A program made the position numbers and the translations under genes. Below are positions 39,303-49,080 of a DNA stretch of 64,000 nt, one piece after another. A model generated the notes under the pieces. That model was not told the origin of the DNA, did not search any database, and worked only from the letters and a program-made list of their open reading frames with translations. The DNA is from a virus. Location of the stretch: positions 37,250 to 101,249 of the IMG/VR virus record IMGVR_UViG_3300045988_133728; one strand, written 5' to 3'. Within the stretch, counting starts at the first letter, position 1. The number at the start of each line of letters is the position of its first letter.

Positions 39303-41003
39303 TTATTTTTTGTCATCTCCTTTTAACTTCTTTAAAGTATCTGCAATCGGAAGCTGATCAATGACTCCCAATGCCGGAGCGACGGTCTTAACAACATTGT
39401 TAAGAAAATTACCGGTACTGTTCTGACCGCCGTCAAATACCGTGATATTTCCGAGGTTAATGTGCTCAAATGCCTTAACCTGTTCTCCGGCAATTTCTTT
39501 CCACTGATTAACCATCTTGTACTGGATGGCGATCTGAGGATTGGATTCTGCTGCTTCCACCATAGCCTTAAATCCGTCGGCTTCTGCCATTAACGACTTT
39601 TTCTTACCTTCGGCTTCTGCCTCCAGTTTCATCTGAATAGCCTTTGCCTCTGCCTCAGCTTTTGCCAAATGTGCTGCCGCCTCAGCCTCAGCCCGGCGTT
39701 TGATCTTCTCTGCCTCAGCATCAGCTTGTAATATAGCCTCTTCCTTCTGGGTTTCAGCCGGCACAATCTTTTCAGCCTTAAGCGCAGCCTGAACTTTCTT
39801 AGCCTTAGCTTCTTCCACTTCTTTGTCGGCAAGCTCTTTTGCTGTTTTTACAGCCGCTTCCGATTTAACTTTTTCTTCTCCGGCCTTCTTCTCTGATTGA
39901 GCTTTGATAATCTGTAGTTCTGATACTGACACAGCAACCTCCTTCTGGGCATTGTTGTATCCTATAGACGCATTTTTCTCAGCCTCAGCCTTCTTAATCT
40001 GAGCTTCAGAGTCTTGTATTGCTATAGCTGCTTCCTTGTCAGCTTCAGCCTTATTCTTTCCGACTTCTTCCATCCTTTCAGCCTCGGCTTTATTTACTTC
40101 AAGTTCTGCCTTAGATCTTACAATCGCCGATTCCTTGTCGGTTAAAGTTTTTGCGATAACCGCAGCCCTGTCTCTATCTGCTTGAGCTACGCCGATCTGT
40201 TTTTCTTTATCGGTTAAAGCCAAGGCTATTTCTTTTTCTTTCTTCGTTTCAGCTACTATCGTTTCCTTTTCTTTTTCAGTACAAGCAATTTGAATCTCTT
40301 GTTCTTTTTTGGTATTAGCTACAGCCGTTTCTTTCTCCTTCTGCTGTACAGCAATCTTAATAGCACCCAGTTTCTCCTGTTCTTCGATATTAGCCTGTGC
40401 TTCGTTCAGAGCCCTACTTTCAGCCTCCTTACCAAGGTTCATAATATAACCGGCTTCGTCTCTGATGTCACTGATGTTGATGTTCAGGAGGTAAAGACCT
40501 AACTTATTAAGCTCGTTATCAATGTTCTTTCTTGCCTTATCCAAAAACTCATCCCTGTCAGAATTAAGTTTTTCGATTGTCATTTCAGCAATAATCAAAC
40601 GCATCTGACCGTAAACGATGTCCGTAATAAGATTTTCAGTAGATTCGGTATCCATCCCCAAAAGTCTTTCTGCCGCATTTTGCATGATTTCGGGATTTGT
40701 ACTGATAGCTACTGTAATGGTCGTAGGTACATCTACTCTAATATTCTGAGATGACAAAGCACCGGTAAGCTTGCAATCTATTTGCATAGGCTCCATTGAC
40801 AAAACATCATAGCTTTGAATAATAGGCAAGACAAATGCCGCTCCACCATGATATAATTTTGCCGACTTCTTTTCCCCACCTGTCTTACCGTAAACGACCA
40901 AGACCTGATTAGGCTTACATCTACGATACCTTGATAAGACTCCGATGATTGTCAAAATAATCACTACAGCTAAGATAGCTGACACGTACATGATTGTTGT
41001 CAT
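39303..41003 (-). CDS. flotillin-like SPFH/band-7 protein (YqiK/FloT-like)
   Basis: There is an N-terminal transmembrane segment followed by an SPFH core (PNQVLVVYGKTGG...AAFVLPIIQSYDVLSMEPMQID...). A long Glu/Ala/Lys-rich flotillin-type coiled-coil repeat region (KEKETAVANTKKEQEIQIA...) follows. Confidence 0.7.
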   Translation of the reverse strand: MTTIMYVSAILAVVIILTIIGVLSRYRRCKPNQVLVVYGKTGGEKKSAKLYHGGAAFVLPIIQSYDVLSMEPMQIDCKLTGALSSQNIRVDVPTTITVAISTNPEIMQNAAERLLGMDTESTENLITDIVYGQMRLIIAEMTIEKLNSDRDEFLDKARKNIDNELNKLGLYLLNINISDIRDEAGYIMNLGKEAESRALNEAQANIEEQEKLGAIKIAVQQKEKETAVANTKKEQEIQIACTEKEKETIVAETKKEKEIALALTDKEKQIGVAQADRDRAAVIAKTLTDKESAIVRSKAELEVNKAEAERMEEVGKNKAEADKEAAIAIQDSEAQIKKAEAEKNASIGYNNAQKEVAVSVSELQIIKAQSEKKAGEEKVKSEAAVKTAKELADKEVEEAKAKKVQAALKAEKIVPAETQKEEAILQADAEAEKIKRRAEAEAAAHLAKAEAEAKAIQMKLEAEAEGKKKSLMAEADGFKAMVEAAESNPQIAIQYKMVNQWKEIAGEQVKAFEHINLGNITVFDGGQNSTGNFLNNVVKTVAPALGVIDQLPIADTLKKLKGDDKK

Positions 41004-41035
41004 AACTTTTAAAATTTAATTGTTGATAAAAAAAA

Positions 41036-41530
41036 TTAGATACTTAATTCTCCTTCTTCATATTTTATATTCGCCTTGTCGCCGTTTTTGTAGGTTTTTC
41101 CAGACAAGCATCTTACTCTCATTTGCTCTTGTCTTCCATTTTTCGAAATATTTACCATATAATGATTCTTCCCTGATCTAAATACTATCTCCACTTCTCT
41201 TCCGTTTAAATCTTCCGGACATTCGTACACCATTTCTTGCTTTAACTTAAGAAGTAACTTATATACGTAAAACAAAACGATAAAGAAAAACGACCCTATC
41301 ACAACCCCTACTAAATGGGAACCCGAAAAGTAGGTAGTCCAGCTATATCCAAGAATAAAATGTGTTATGCCCTTGAATGATATGATGTCCGACAAAGACA
41401 TGCTTAAATCAGAAGCACTGTCAATGTCAATATCCGTATCCAGATCAGATCCTAATATCGACAACAAAAACTGTATAACAAAAGCAAATGACGCTATTAA
41501 AGCCATGCATAAAATTATATCACTTCCCAT
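41036..41530 (-). CDS. NfeD-like membrane protein (YqiJ-like partner of SPFH proteins)
   Basis: It has N-terminal transmembrane helices and a C-terminal beta/OB-like soluble domain (GREVEIVF...MRVRCLSGKTYKNGDKANI). It is positioned immediately upstream of the flotillin gene, as in bacterial nfeD-flotillin operons. Confidence 0.55.
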   Translation of the reverse strand: MGSDIILCMALIASFAFVIQFLLSILGSDLDTDIDIDSASDLSMSLSDIISFKGITHFILGYSWTTYFSGSHLVGVVIGSFFFIVLFYVYKLLLKLKQEMVYECPEDLNGREVEIVFRSGKNHYMVNISKNGRQEQMRVRCLSGKTYKNGDKANIKYEEGELSI

Positions 41531-41771
41531 ACCCTTCTGTTATTATTTTGTAAACAAGATCAGTCATATCTTTGATGGTCTCCATATCATAATCAATAAT
41601 AACAATATTGAATTTTTGTTCCACCATCACATCAAGCTCAATTCGATCAACAGAATCTAATCCAAGTTCTTTAAACGTCACATCTTCTTTATGAACTATA
41701 TCTATTTCCGAATTAAGAAACTGAGTAATAATTATATCCTCTATTATCTTTCTGATTCTTACTTTTTCCAT
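41520..41771 (-). CDS. acyl carrier protein-like (phosphopantetheine-binding) small protein
   Basis: It has the canonical ACP helix-II motif FKELGLDSVDRIELDVMVEQKFNIVI, with the DSL/DSV serine; it is 83 aa and acidic. Confidence 0.6.
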   Translation of the reverse strand: MEKVRIRKIIEDIIITQFLNSEIDIVHKEDVTFKELGLDSVDRIELDVMVEQKFNIVIIDYDMETIKDMTDLVYKIITEGYGK

Positions 41772-42472
41772 TGCTTTCTAATTTTGTTAAATAAATACGT
41801 TTTTATGTTTTTCAACCTCTCTTTGTCTGTTTCCGAACTTCCGGTAAACAAATAATCCGGATTGCCTTTAGCCGGCGGCGTAGGCAATTTAGATACGGCA
41901 AACAACCAATCCATTTCCTTATTCTTCTTAGACTCCAAATAAGGCTCGGTAGCGATCTTAAATTTTTCAGCTATTAAGTCAAAGAGCTTTGAATTTTTAA
42001 GGTTCATATGGACTGAAAAAGCCTGAGAAGGCGGTTTCCATATGAAGTTGCATAAGCTCATCGTATAATCTCCTGACTCTGCTATATAAGATTCCGTTAC
42101 CTGAAGTATGACCTCTTTCTTGAATGAGGTGTTACCCATAAACCAACACAATCTGGATTCCGCTTCTTTTCTGCTGACACCTATGTCTTTTGAATATGAT
42201 TCGTACATCCCTATCATAATCTTCAACGTTTCCAGAACCTCGTCTGTCATTTCCGGAGTCTCTATATAATTCACAAAAGACGTTCCTTTGTTGGTCAATC
42301 TCATCACGCCTGATTTTAATTTCTCAACCAGGCCAAGCTCTATATACCTCCCAGCATCTTCTTCCGGCATGGCTTCGATCATAACCGTATCCTTCTGTCT
42401 TATGGCAAGAAGATTAGCAAGATCATTAGGAGTCATGTCTGATGCTGCAAGTTGTCTGAAATTGATGTACAT
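41759..42472 (-). CDS. hypothetical protein
   Basis: ORF of 237 aa. Confidence 0.55.
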   Translation of the reverse strand: MYINFRQLAASDMTPNDLANLLAIRQKDTVMIEAMPEEDAGRYIELGLVEKLKSGVMRLTNKGTSFVNYIETPEMTDEVLETLKIMIGMYESYSKDIGVSRKEAESRLCWFMGNTSFKKEVILQVTESYIAESGDYTMSLCNFIWKPPSQAFSVHMNLKNSKLFDLIAEKFKIATEPYLESKKNKEMDWLFAVSKLPTPPAKGNPDYLFTGSSETDKERLKNIKTYLFNKIRKQWKK

Positions 42473-42474
42473 AC

Positions 42475-42672
42475 CTAATCAGCTTTAATGAAAATAACAT
42501 TCTTGTTATCTTGTCTATCAATATGTTCACATGGGCCAATAATCATGTCTGTACATGAACAATAATTGTATTTTTCAAATATACACCTATCGCATGTATC
42601 ACCTTCCACACATTTTAATCTTACAAGTCCGGCAACAAATACTTCTCCTACTTTAAATTCCTTCTTTTCCAT
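42475..42672 (-). CDS. Cys-rich mini-protein (CDRCIF family)
   Basis: KCVEGDTCDRCIFEKYNYCSC is paralogous to the 63481-63741 protein (SCDRCIFYDCYKDKC). Confidence 0.45.
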   Translation of the reverse strand: MEKKEFKVGEVFVAGLVRLKCVEGDTCDRCIFEKYNYCSCTDMIIGPCEHIDRQDNKNVIFIKAD

Positions 42673-42687
42673 ATTTCCTCCTTGTTT

Positions 42688-43290
42688 TTAACTGTTGTAC
42701 CCTTCTTTGATAATCGAATTTCTACCGGTAGACACCGACTGACGAAGATCATCATGTACAGAATCTACCGTAGAATACTTGTTTCTGGTTGTAAAAATCA
42801 CTTCCAGCATCTCCTTGTAATCACCTAAAGCCACTTCGTATCTTGGATCCACTTTGGCTTTTCTTTCAGCCTCGGCATTACTTTTAGCCAGCTCTCGGTC
42901 GAGAAGGTCTTCTTTGATCCGGTCAGCAATCATATCAAGTTCTTTTTTAATAACTTCTCCTGCTGCCCGAAGTTGACCTTCTACGTCACCAAGCTGGTCT
43001 TGGACGGTACCTATTTCTTTCTTTAGACGATCGTATTCGTTAATCATACCCATATCACCTGCATAGCCGGAAAAGTCCTTGATTATTCTGGTCCCTTCTT
43101 TAAGGAGCTCAATGACTCGTCTTTTGCGTTCTCTGCTTATTAAAGACGGAAGACGATAATTCATATCCGCTACTGCTTTATCATGTATGGAGTTGATTAA
43201 AAACATCTCTCTTTCATCCCCTGCGAACTCAGTAAGAACCAAAAGGAACTTACTTATCAGGTATTCGTTTTCTTCTACGGTAAGTCTCAT
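42688..43290 (-). CDS. hypothetical coiled-coil protein
   Basis: ORF of 200 aa. Confidence 0.5.
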   Translation of the reverse strand: MRLTVEENEYLISKFLLVLTEFAGDEREMFLINSIHDKAVADMNYRLPSLISRERKRRVIELLKEGTRIIKDFSGYAGDMGMINEYDRLKKEIGTVQDQLGDVEGQLRAAGEVIKKELDMIADRIKEDLLDRELAKSNAEAERKAKVDPRYEVALGDYKEMLEVIFTTRNKYSTVDSVHDDLRQSVSTGRNSIIKEGYNS

Positions 43291-43303
43291 ACGTTTCTTT
43301 TTT

Positions 43304-44437
43304 TTAATATACTGACTGTTCTTCCTTTACCTCTTGTTCTTGATCTTGATTGTTCGTAACGTCTTCCACAGTATAGAGCTTGGGCGGCGTCGGCGGCTGG
43401 TTGGGGTTCACGAACTTCGTCCCTCCCTCCCCGTACATCCATCCATGCCCCGGCAGGATCTCTGGGTGGATTGTATTAGTAAGCTCTTCCATACTAACTT
43501 GCCTTACCTTCAGTATATGATGAAACACCAGTCCGGCTGTCCTGAATGATGTTTTGTTTTCAGTTTTAAACCGGTCAAGAGTCTGATACCAGTCTTTCCC
43601 AAATATCATATACTTGTCCAGCCCGTATCTGCGAGGATTATGCAAACCTATCATTAACGTACATAGTTGCCCCAGCGTATCAGACTGATAAAAGTCAGAA
43701 AGACGGGGAGGCTGCTCTTGAGGGCTTTTTATCCTTCCTTCTATCTCTCTGTTGAATTGGGATATGATGAGGAAAAATATGTTTTTATATACTAATTTAG
43801 CCTCGTTCATAACCGCCACCAAATCATCTATAGCCGACTTAGGATCCAATCCCATTCTTTTTATCAAAGCAATATGATCGACTTTAAATATTATAAGACG
43901 TTTGTCTTTGTGTTTGGTAGCTATATGATACACGGCCGCCTCAAACTCTTTTACCGTACACGGAGCATCGATGTATATTATATTATTTCTAATTTCACCT
44001 TGAAGGATTTCAAACATCCTCATCTCTTCTACTGTATTAGAATCTTGCCTTCTTAATATTTCAGGAGCCCGTTTTTTCATATCCTGGCTCATTCTGCGAA
44101 GAAGAAGATCTTGAGGATTCATTTCGAACTCGCAATTGACAAGAAAATAATCTTCTGCTTGCGGGTTGATCATCGGATTCATCACATTTTCCAATATCTT
44201 TTGGGCCACATACGATTTACCTACAGACGGGCGGGCTCCTATGGCAATAGCATGCTGAGGGAAAATACCTCCAAGCAAAGCCTCATCAATATAATCGTAT
44301 CCGGTTTTAGCGGGGATAAGCTCTCCCCGCCTGTATTTCAAGATATTCTCATACGCCTCTTCCATAACTTGTTTAGAGGTCTTGAATATCCTTCTTATAT
44401 CTATCCTATTTGCTATCTCCTCTTGCATTTTTGTCAC
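43304..44437 (-). CDS. DnaB-like replicative helicase (RecA-fold C-terminal domain)
   Basis: Walker A GARPSVGKSYVAQ. The upstream region GYDYIDEALLGGIFPQHAIAIG resembles the DnaB linker/H1 region. A primase gene lies nearby. Confidence 0.65.
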   Translation of the reverse strand: MTKMQEEIANRIDIRRIFKTSKQVMEEAYENILKYRRGELIPAKTGYDYIDEALLGGIFPQHAIAIGARPSVGKSYVAQKILENVMNPMINPQAEDYFLVNCEFEMNPQDLLLRRMSQDMKKRAPEILRRQDSNTVEEMRMFEILQGEIRNNIIYIDAPCTVKEFEAAVYHIATKHKDKRLIIFKVDHIALIKRMGLDPKSAIDDLVAVMNEAKLVYKNIFFLIISQFNREIEGRIKSPQEQPPRLSDFYQSDTLGQLCTLMIGLHNPRRYGLDKYMIFGKDWYQTLDRFKTENKTSFRTAGLVFHHILKVRQVSMEELTNTIHPEILPGHGWMYGEGGTKFVNPNQPPTPPKLYTVEDVTNNQDQEQEVKEEQSVY

Positions 44438-44684
44438 CTTTCGTATCCGACTTGGATCCCCTATTAGCTTTTACTGATTTATACCTAAGACCATTCTTGG
44501 TATGAGAACAATCCTTGCCTTTCCTCCAGCCCTTGCCCTTCTTCTTGTCCGTTTCGTAGTTTTTACGACCAAGCTCCCGGCGTTTGGCTTTCTGTTCCGG
44601 TCTGGCATTTATCTCCTTGTCCTTTTTAGCCTTTTTCTTCCTGGCTTCGGGATGAGTCCTGTAGTACTCTGTCGATCTACCCAT
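44406..44684 (-). CDS. highly basic Lys/Arg-rich small protein (possible nucleic-acid-binding)
   Basis: 92 aa, about 35% K+R. Confidence 0.4.
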   Translation of the reverse strand: MGRSTEYYRTHPEARKKKAKKDKEINARPEQKAKRRELGRKNYETDKKKGKGWRKGKDCSHTKNGLRYKSVKANRGSKSDTKGDKNARGDSK

Positions 44685-44736
44685 GTGCTTATGTTTTTTT
44701 TGATTAATAATAGCACAAAGATAGGCAATTCGCGCC

Positions 44737-45303
44737 CTATTTCAATCTGCCGTAACTCATATCAGGATCACACCAGACATACCCGTCTTTCTCATCATGA
44801 AGATACTCAGGGCATCCTCTGCATGCGCTACTGCCTGACACTATTTGGTTGTTCTTATTAGGGCACTTATCTCCAGGCTTATGCCATTCTATTCTCGAAC
44901 CTGATCGTTCTTTGTTTACATGACAGAACTGAAAGACTTTTCCCATCGTCTTCTCGCCGAACATACCTATATGTGTGTATTCTTCCGGTATAGATAGAAA
45001 TTCGGATAAATCTTTATACATCCTTTCCCGTTCCTCCGGCGTAGACCATAGTCTATCAAGTTCGGCATGGACTCTTATCTTAAGAGACCTCAGTGATGGC
45101 CCCGCAAGCCGGCCTTTAGCTTTTCCCTTATTCGGCCCTGATTCATGAACACCGACATAAGCATTGCATGGTTTACACATCATAACCATCCCTAAGCCTT
45201 TTCTGCTATATATTTTATCGGCATTGACCAACTCGGTTTCTCTTCCGCAATAAGGGCAAATTTCGCCTCTTAAAATCCGTTGTTGCCGCACATTGAGTTC
45301 CAT
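44737..45303 (-). CDS. zinc-ribbon domain protein
   Basis: An N-terminal CPYCG...CKPCNAYVGVH zinc ribbon, as seen in phage DUF3268-like proteins, and a C-terminal Cys cluster. Confidence 0.5.
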   Translation of the reverse strand: MELNVRQQRILRGEICPYCGRETELVNADKIYSRKGLGMVMMCKPCNAYVGVHESGPNKGKAKGRLAGPSLRSLKIRVHAELDRLWSTPEERERMYKDLSEFLSIPEEYTHIGMFGEKTMGKVFQFCHVNKERSGSRIEWHKPGDKCPNKNNQIVSGSSACRGCPEYLHDEKDGYVWCDPDMSYGRLK

Positions 45304-45548
45304 ACTCTATCCTTTTGTTTCTCTTTAAACTTTTCATACAAACTGCTTTCAGTTTCCATTTCCGAGATCTCCACCTCTACGTCCTCTCTTTTGAAAATTA
45401 CTTTCTTGGCTGTAGGATACGCACATTTAGAGATACGAATAGCATTACGAATAGCGTAAACAAAATACGTTTCTGGTGATGATTCGATCACCACTACCTC
45501 ATTTAAAGTGTTTTTATAATTTTCCATGTTGTTATCTACTTGCTTCAA
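45270..45548 (-). CDS. hypothetical protein
   Basis: ORF of 92 aa. Confidence 0.45.
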   Translation of the reverse strand: MKQVDNNMENYKNTLNEVVVIESSPETYFVYAIRNAIRISKCAYPTAKKVIFKREDVEVEISEMETESSLYEKFKEKQKDRVWNSMCGNNGF

Positions 45549-45885
45549 TTACACACCCTGGATTATCTTCACATGCCTCTTTGTATTCGATAAGAAACTT
45601 AAGAAATGAATCATAAGACCCCCATCCGTTTTCTGGTTCGTATCTCAAAAGACTCTTTCTCTTGGAGATCATAATATATATACCTTTTGCGAGTATCTTC
45701 ACCATCTCCTTAGTATCTATTTCCCTGCCCAATTCTTCCGGTCTCCAAACATAATCGTATAGTGTTTCTTTGTTTTCTGATACGAATATTTTTTGTGCCA
45801 TCTTGTTCATGTTGTGGGTGATGTTTGCAACCCATTTACGATCCTCTTCTTTCTTCTTGCTCTTAATATAAACGTCCAGGCTCAT
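45532..45885 (-). CDS. hypothetical protein
   Basis: ORF of 117 aa. Confidence 0.5.
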   Translation of the reverse strand: MSLDVYIKSKKKEEDRKWVANITHNMNKMAQKIFVSENKETLYDYVWRPEELGREIDTKEMVKILAKGIYIMISKRKSLLRYEPENGWGSYDSFLKFLIEYKEACEDNPGCVIEASR

Positions 45886-46876
45886 AATATTTGTCTTTTA
45901 CTTTGTTATTAATTATCAAATCTGCCACATCATCTCCGTCCCCTACATTCTCAACACTCTGAAGATAGTCCGATACTTTTATCCTTGACTTCATCATCAT
46001 CCCATCTATCTTTTTACTCCATGTCTCAAATGCTTGTCCTTTGTCCGGAAAAGCTACAGTCTTTCTATCTTTTAAAACATCTATCACTTCCGGTCTTAAG
46101 TTCTGCAACCCACCGGTAGCTACAAATAACTCATCTGGTTTATTCACGGCGCATATAATAGCCGTCTTTTCTGACTCCACCAAATTAACTACCTTATCCG
46201 GATACTGGCTTAAAAGATGCTCTCCGAACAGGCATTGTCTAAACAAGAAGTCTCTTGCATGCAACGAGTGATAAAACATGACATGAGGTCGCTCATTGTC
46301 ACCGTCTTTTTCCTTCACTCTTTTTACATCAATCTCATTCCCCTGGCTGTCGGTCTTTATATAAAAATCCATAATCTTGCCGGTTCTACACACAAAGTCC
46401 TTATCTATCTGCCAGAATATACAACACCCTTTCCATCCCCATAAGTCCATTGTTCCAACATGATACCTTCTAAATACGTCAGATACCCTTTCTTTTCCCC
46501 ATAGAGACGATAAAAATCTAAATACGGTGTTTCTATCGTCTGGAACTACAGTCCTCTCAAACTCGCTAAAAGGTATGTAATTTACAACGTCAGGATTTAC
46601 AGGAGGACGATAAGCTCTTATGCACTTATTTCCCGAAATCCAAAGATCTTTGTCACCTACATCCTTGCCGGTAGGTCGTTTATCATAACCGCAAGTTCGT
46701 TCATGATCGCATCTTCCAAACTCATTGCCAACGACCTGACCGGTCGCCACATCAATATAAGGGGTAAGGCACCGGCTTTTCCCGCAAGCCGGGCAGGTTA
46801 GCTTCAGTCGGCTCCTGCCAGGCCTGCGGTCAAGTTGAAACCGGGGTACATTTTCGTATTTTCTAAAATCAAGCAT
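45863..46876 (-). CDS. putative DNA primase (zinc ribbon plus TOPRIM-like)
   Basis: It has an N-terminal zinc ribbon CPACGKSRC...CDHERTCGY. A TOPRIM-like Glu (VVNLVESEKTAIICAV...FVATGG) is followed by ...VAFPDKGQA. It lies beside the DnaB-like helicase. Confidence 0.55.
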   Translation of the reverse strand: MLDFRKYENVPRFQLDRRPGRSRLKLTCPACGKSRCLTPYIDVATGQVVGNEFGRCDHERTCGYDKRPTGKDVGDKDLWISGNKCIRAYRPPVNPDVVNYIPFSEFERTVVPDDRNTVFRFLSSLWGKERVSDVFRRYHVGTMDLWGWKGCCIFWQIDKDFVCRTGKIMDFYIKTDSQGNEIDVKRVKEKDGDNERPHVMFYHSLHARDFLFRQCLFGEHLLSQYPDKVVNLVESEKTAIICAVNKPDELFVATGGLQNLRPEVIDVLKDRKTVAFPDKGQAFETWSKKIDGMMMKSRIKVSDYLQSVENVGDGDDVADLIINNKVKDKYYEPGRLY

Positions 46877-46885
46877 AATGCTTAT

Positions 46886-48202
46886 TTATATTACAAATCT
46901 TTTAGACATTTCCTCAGCAATATCATATACAACAATATGATCCTCTTCATTGTACGGCTTATTGATATTCAGCACTCCTTTTCTCACTTTAAACCTCTTA
47001 TCTTTTCTGATATGATTCAACATCCCTTGTTGGAACACACAGTCCGCTTTCTCCATAGCAGCATTTTTATCAGACCATTCTTTTAGCGTATAACCTTTAC
47101 TGTTCGTGCTTTTTGGAGAAAAATTCATAATACGTGCATCAATTCCGTACCAGTTTTTAACCATTCTCCTTTCAGCCTCCAATTGAAAAGCATGTTCATT
47201 TCGTATGTCACCTGATTTAAAATCTAAGATAACAATCTCTTCTTTCTCCACTTCTCTCACTTCCTTCTTCGGATCTCCTTTTTTGAACTGCCCCGTAGCC
47301 CTTTGATACACGGCTCCAAAATAACCTTCTTCTTTGTATTTGAATGTCATTTTAACCATCGCATCTATCGGCGTAGCTACCAAATAATCTTCTAATGACA
47401 ATATTCTTTCAATCATCATCGGCTTAACCTTATACTCCGAACAAAACTTAGCAAACTTCATAACTCTGACAATCATATCGTCAAGATCATCTATGCTACC
47501 AAAGAATTTGTCAAGATTCTTTTTTGATATTTTAAGCTTGCCTTCTTGCACTGTCTTAACTATAAAACTTCGATTTAAGACCATATCTCTACCCGTCAAG
47601 TACAATCCGTATAGGTAGTGCATGATCGTTCCTTTATCTGCATCATATTCTGATACTTCTTCCGGATTGCGACCAATCATCCTCATCTCCTGTCTCCATT
47701 CTTGAAGAGCCGTCTTGTCATCTACGAATCCGTCTCTGATCATGGTTGTTACCGAAGCATATATCTTGGCTGTCCCATCATCCATCTTTCTTACATAAAA
47801 ACGATTACCGTCTAATGTCAATCTTACGAATTTGGGAGTCTCGATCTTCTTTAACTCATCACAGATATAAAACGGCTCTAACGTTTCCTGATTTTCTGTA
47901 AACGGATTCGAATCTTCTTCTCCAGGGTTAGGAGCGGCTTCCTCTGCCAGAGCTTCTGGTTCCTCCTTCTGGGCCTGCTCTGGCTCAGGCGCCGGCTCTT
48001 CAACTACTGGAACCTGTCCACCTCTTTCCGCTATGTCTCTGTTCTTTATTAAAGACATAACCTCCTTCTTCAACTGCTCTGGTGTTTGGTTAGGATCTGA
48101 CACCGACATCACAACATCGTTCATTCTAAACAACGTATTTCCTTCTCCTTCCACCATGGGTACAAATCCTAAATCTGTCAATATTTTTATTTTTTCTTTC
48201 AT
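46886..48202 (-). CDS. putative PD-(D/E)XK nuclease-domain protein (RecB-like motif) with an acidic low-complexity N-terminal linker
   Basis: IVILDFKSGDIRNEHAFQ carries the D-[FYW]-K-[ST]-G motif, with an upstream DYLVATPIDAMVK. The N-terminal PEPEQAQKEEPEALAEEAAPNPGEED linker is acidic and low-complexity. Confidence 0.5.
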   Translation of the reverse strand: MKEKIKILTDLGFVPMVEGEGNTLFRMNDVVMSVSDPNQTPEQLKKEVMSLIKNRDIAERGGQVPVVEEPAPEPEQAQKEEPEALAEEAAPNPGEEDSNPFTENQETLEPFYICDELKKIETPKFVRLTLDGNRFYVRKMDDGTAKIYASVTTMIRDGFVDDKTALQEWRQEMRMIGRNPEEVSEYDADKGTIMHYLYGLYLTGRDMVLNRSFIVKTVQEGKLKISKKNLDKFFGSIDDLDDMIVRVMKFAKFCSEYKVKPMMIERILSLEDYLVATPIDAMVKMTFKYKEEGYFGAVYQRATGQFKKGDPKKEVREVEKEEIVILDFKSGDIRNEHAFQLEAERRMVKNWYGIDARIMNFSPKSTNSKGYTLKEWSDKNAAMEKADCVFQQGMLNHIRKDKRFKVRKGVLNINKPYNEEDHIVVYDIAEEMSKRFVI

Positions 48203-48384
48203 GATCTTCCTCTAATCAATTCTTCTTTAATGCAATGTAACACTGTTTCCACTTCATCTTTATCTCTATCTTTCACTGCGATAGCTATATCCTTACCATA
48301 ATTCTCTCTTCGTATGTGAGCATAAAAGATAGTTTCATCGTCAGCTTCTATTCTTATTTTATAAAGTTTTCTCATATCTGTCAA
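48199..48384 (-). CDS. hypothetical small protein
   Basis: ORF of 61 aa, overlapping. Confidence 0.35.
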   Translation of the reverse strand: MTDMRKLYKIRIEADDETIFYAHIRRENYGKDIAIAVKDRDKDEVETVLHCIKEELIRGRS

Positions 48385-48874
48385 TTATTTCAATAATTAA
48401 TCTACCTCTTTCTTTAATCATTCCCCTGCTTTCCATATCCAGCACCTTCTTTACCGCATACTTCCATACAAAAGGAAATTCTGTTTCAAGTTTATCAAAT
48501 TCCATCCGGTCAAGATACATGTCGAATACCGTATGCTCCGATTCATGAAGGAAAACTATATTATCCCTGCAAGTAGCAACCGACTTATATATCCTTTTCG
48601 GAAGTATGTGACATACGTTACATACTGTAGGAAAATGAATAGCCTTACCAGTCATAGACATTTGAATACTACCCAACTCCTCCAACATAAGACGAAAAAA
48701 CCCGGATAAATCCGGGTTCTCTAACTTTTTCTTCTTGCTGCTGTTTTTGATGGATGTAATTCTGTCTTTTTTCTTCGGAGTCAACTCTTTGCTCCTGCAA
48801 GCCTGGCATAAGCCATGACTTCTTATCATCACTTTTCGTCCACATCTTTTGCAGACGTATAATTTCTTTCCCAC
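48359..48874 (-). CDS. zinc-ribbon protein, possible HNH-like nuclease
   Basis: The N-terminus has CKRCGRK...CQAC. Downstream, CHILPKRIYKSVATCRDNIVFLHESEH shows H...N...H spacing reminiscent of HNH. Confidence 0.4.
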   Translation of the reverse strand: MGKKLYVCKRCGRKVMIRSHGLCQACRSKELTPKKKDRITSIKNSSKKKKLENPDLSGFFRLMLEELGSIQMSMTGKAIHFPTVCNVCHILPKRIYKSVATCRDNIVFLHESEHTVFDMYLDRMEFDKLETEFPFVWKYAVKKVLDMESRGMIKERGRLIIEIIDRYEKTL

Positions 48875-49080
48875 TTTTTATATTTCAATACAAGCGATAT
48901 ATATTTAGATATAAGCGATATAGTTGAAAAGGATAACGCCGTTAAAGACAACGTATATGGTAAGTTCATTAACCATCTTGGTACCTCTTCTGTCTTAATC
49001 ACTATCAGCAAAGTAGCACCTGCCACTACCAATAATACACTTGCCGTCGCAAGTGCTACACGGGAAACAACATCAATCAT
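48829..49080 (-). CDS. small membrane protein
   Basis: Two hydrophobic helices. Confidence 0.35.
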   Translation of the reverse strand: MIDVVSRVALATASVLLVVAGATLLIVIKTEEVPRWLMNLPYTLSLTALSFSTISLISKYISLVLKYKKWERNYTSAKDVDEK

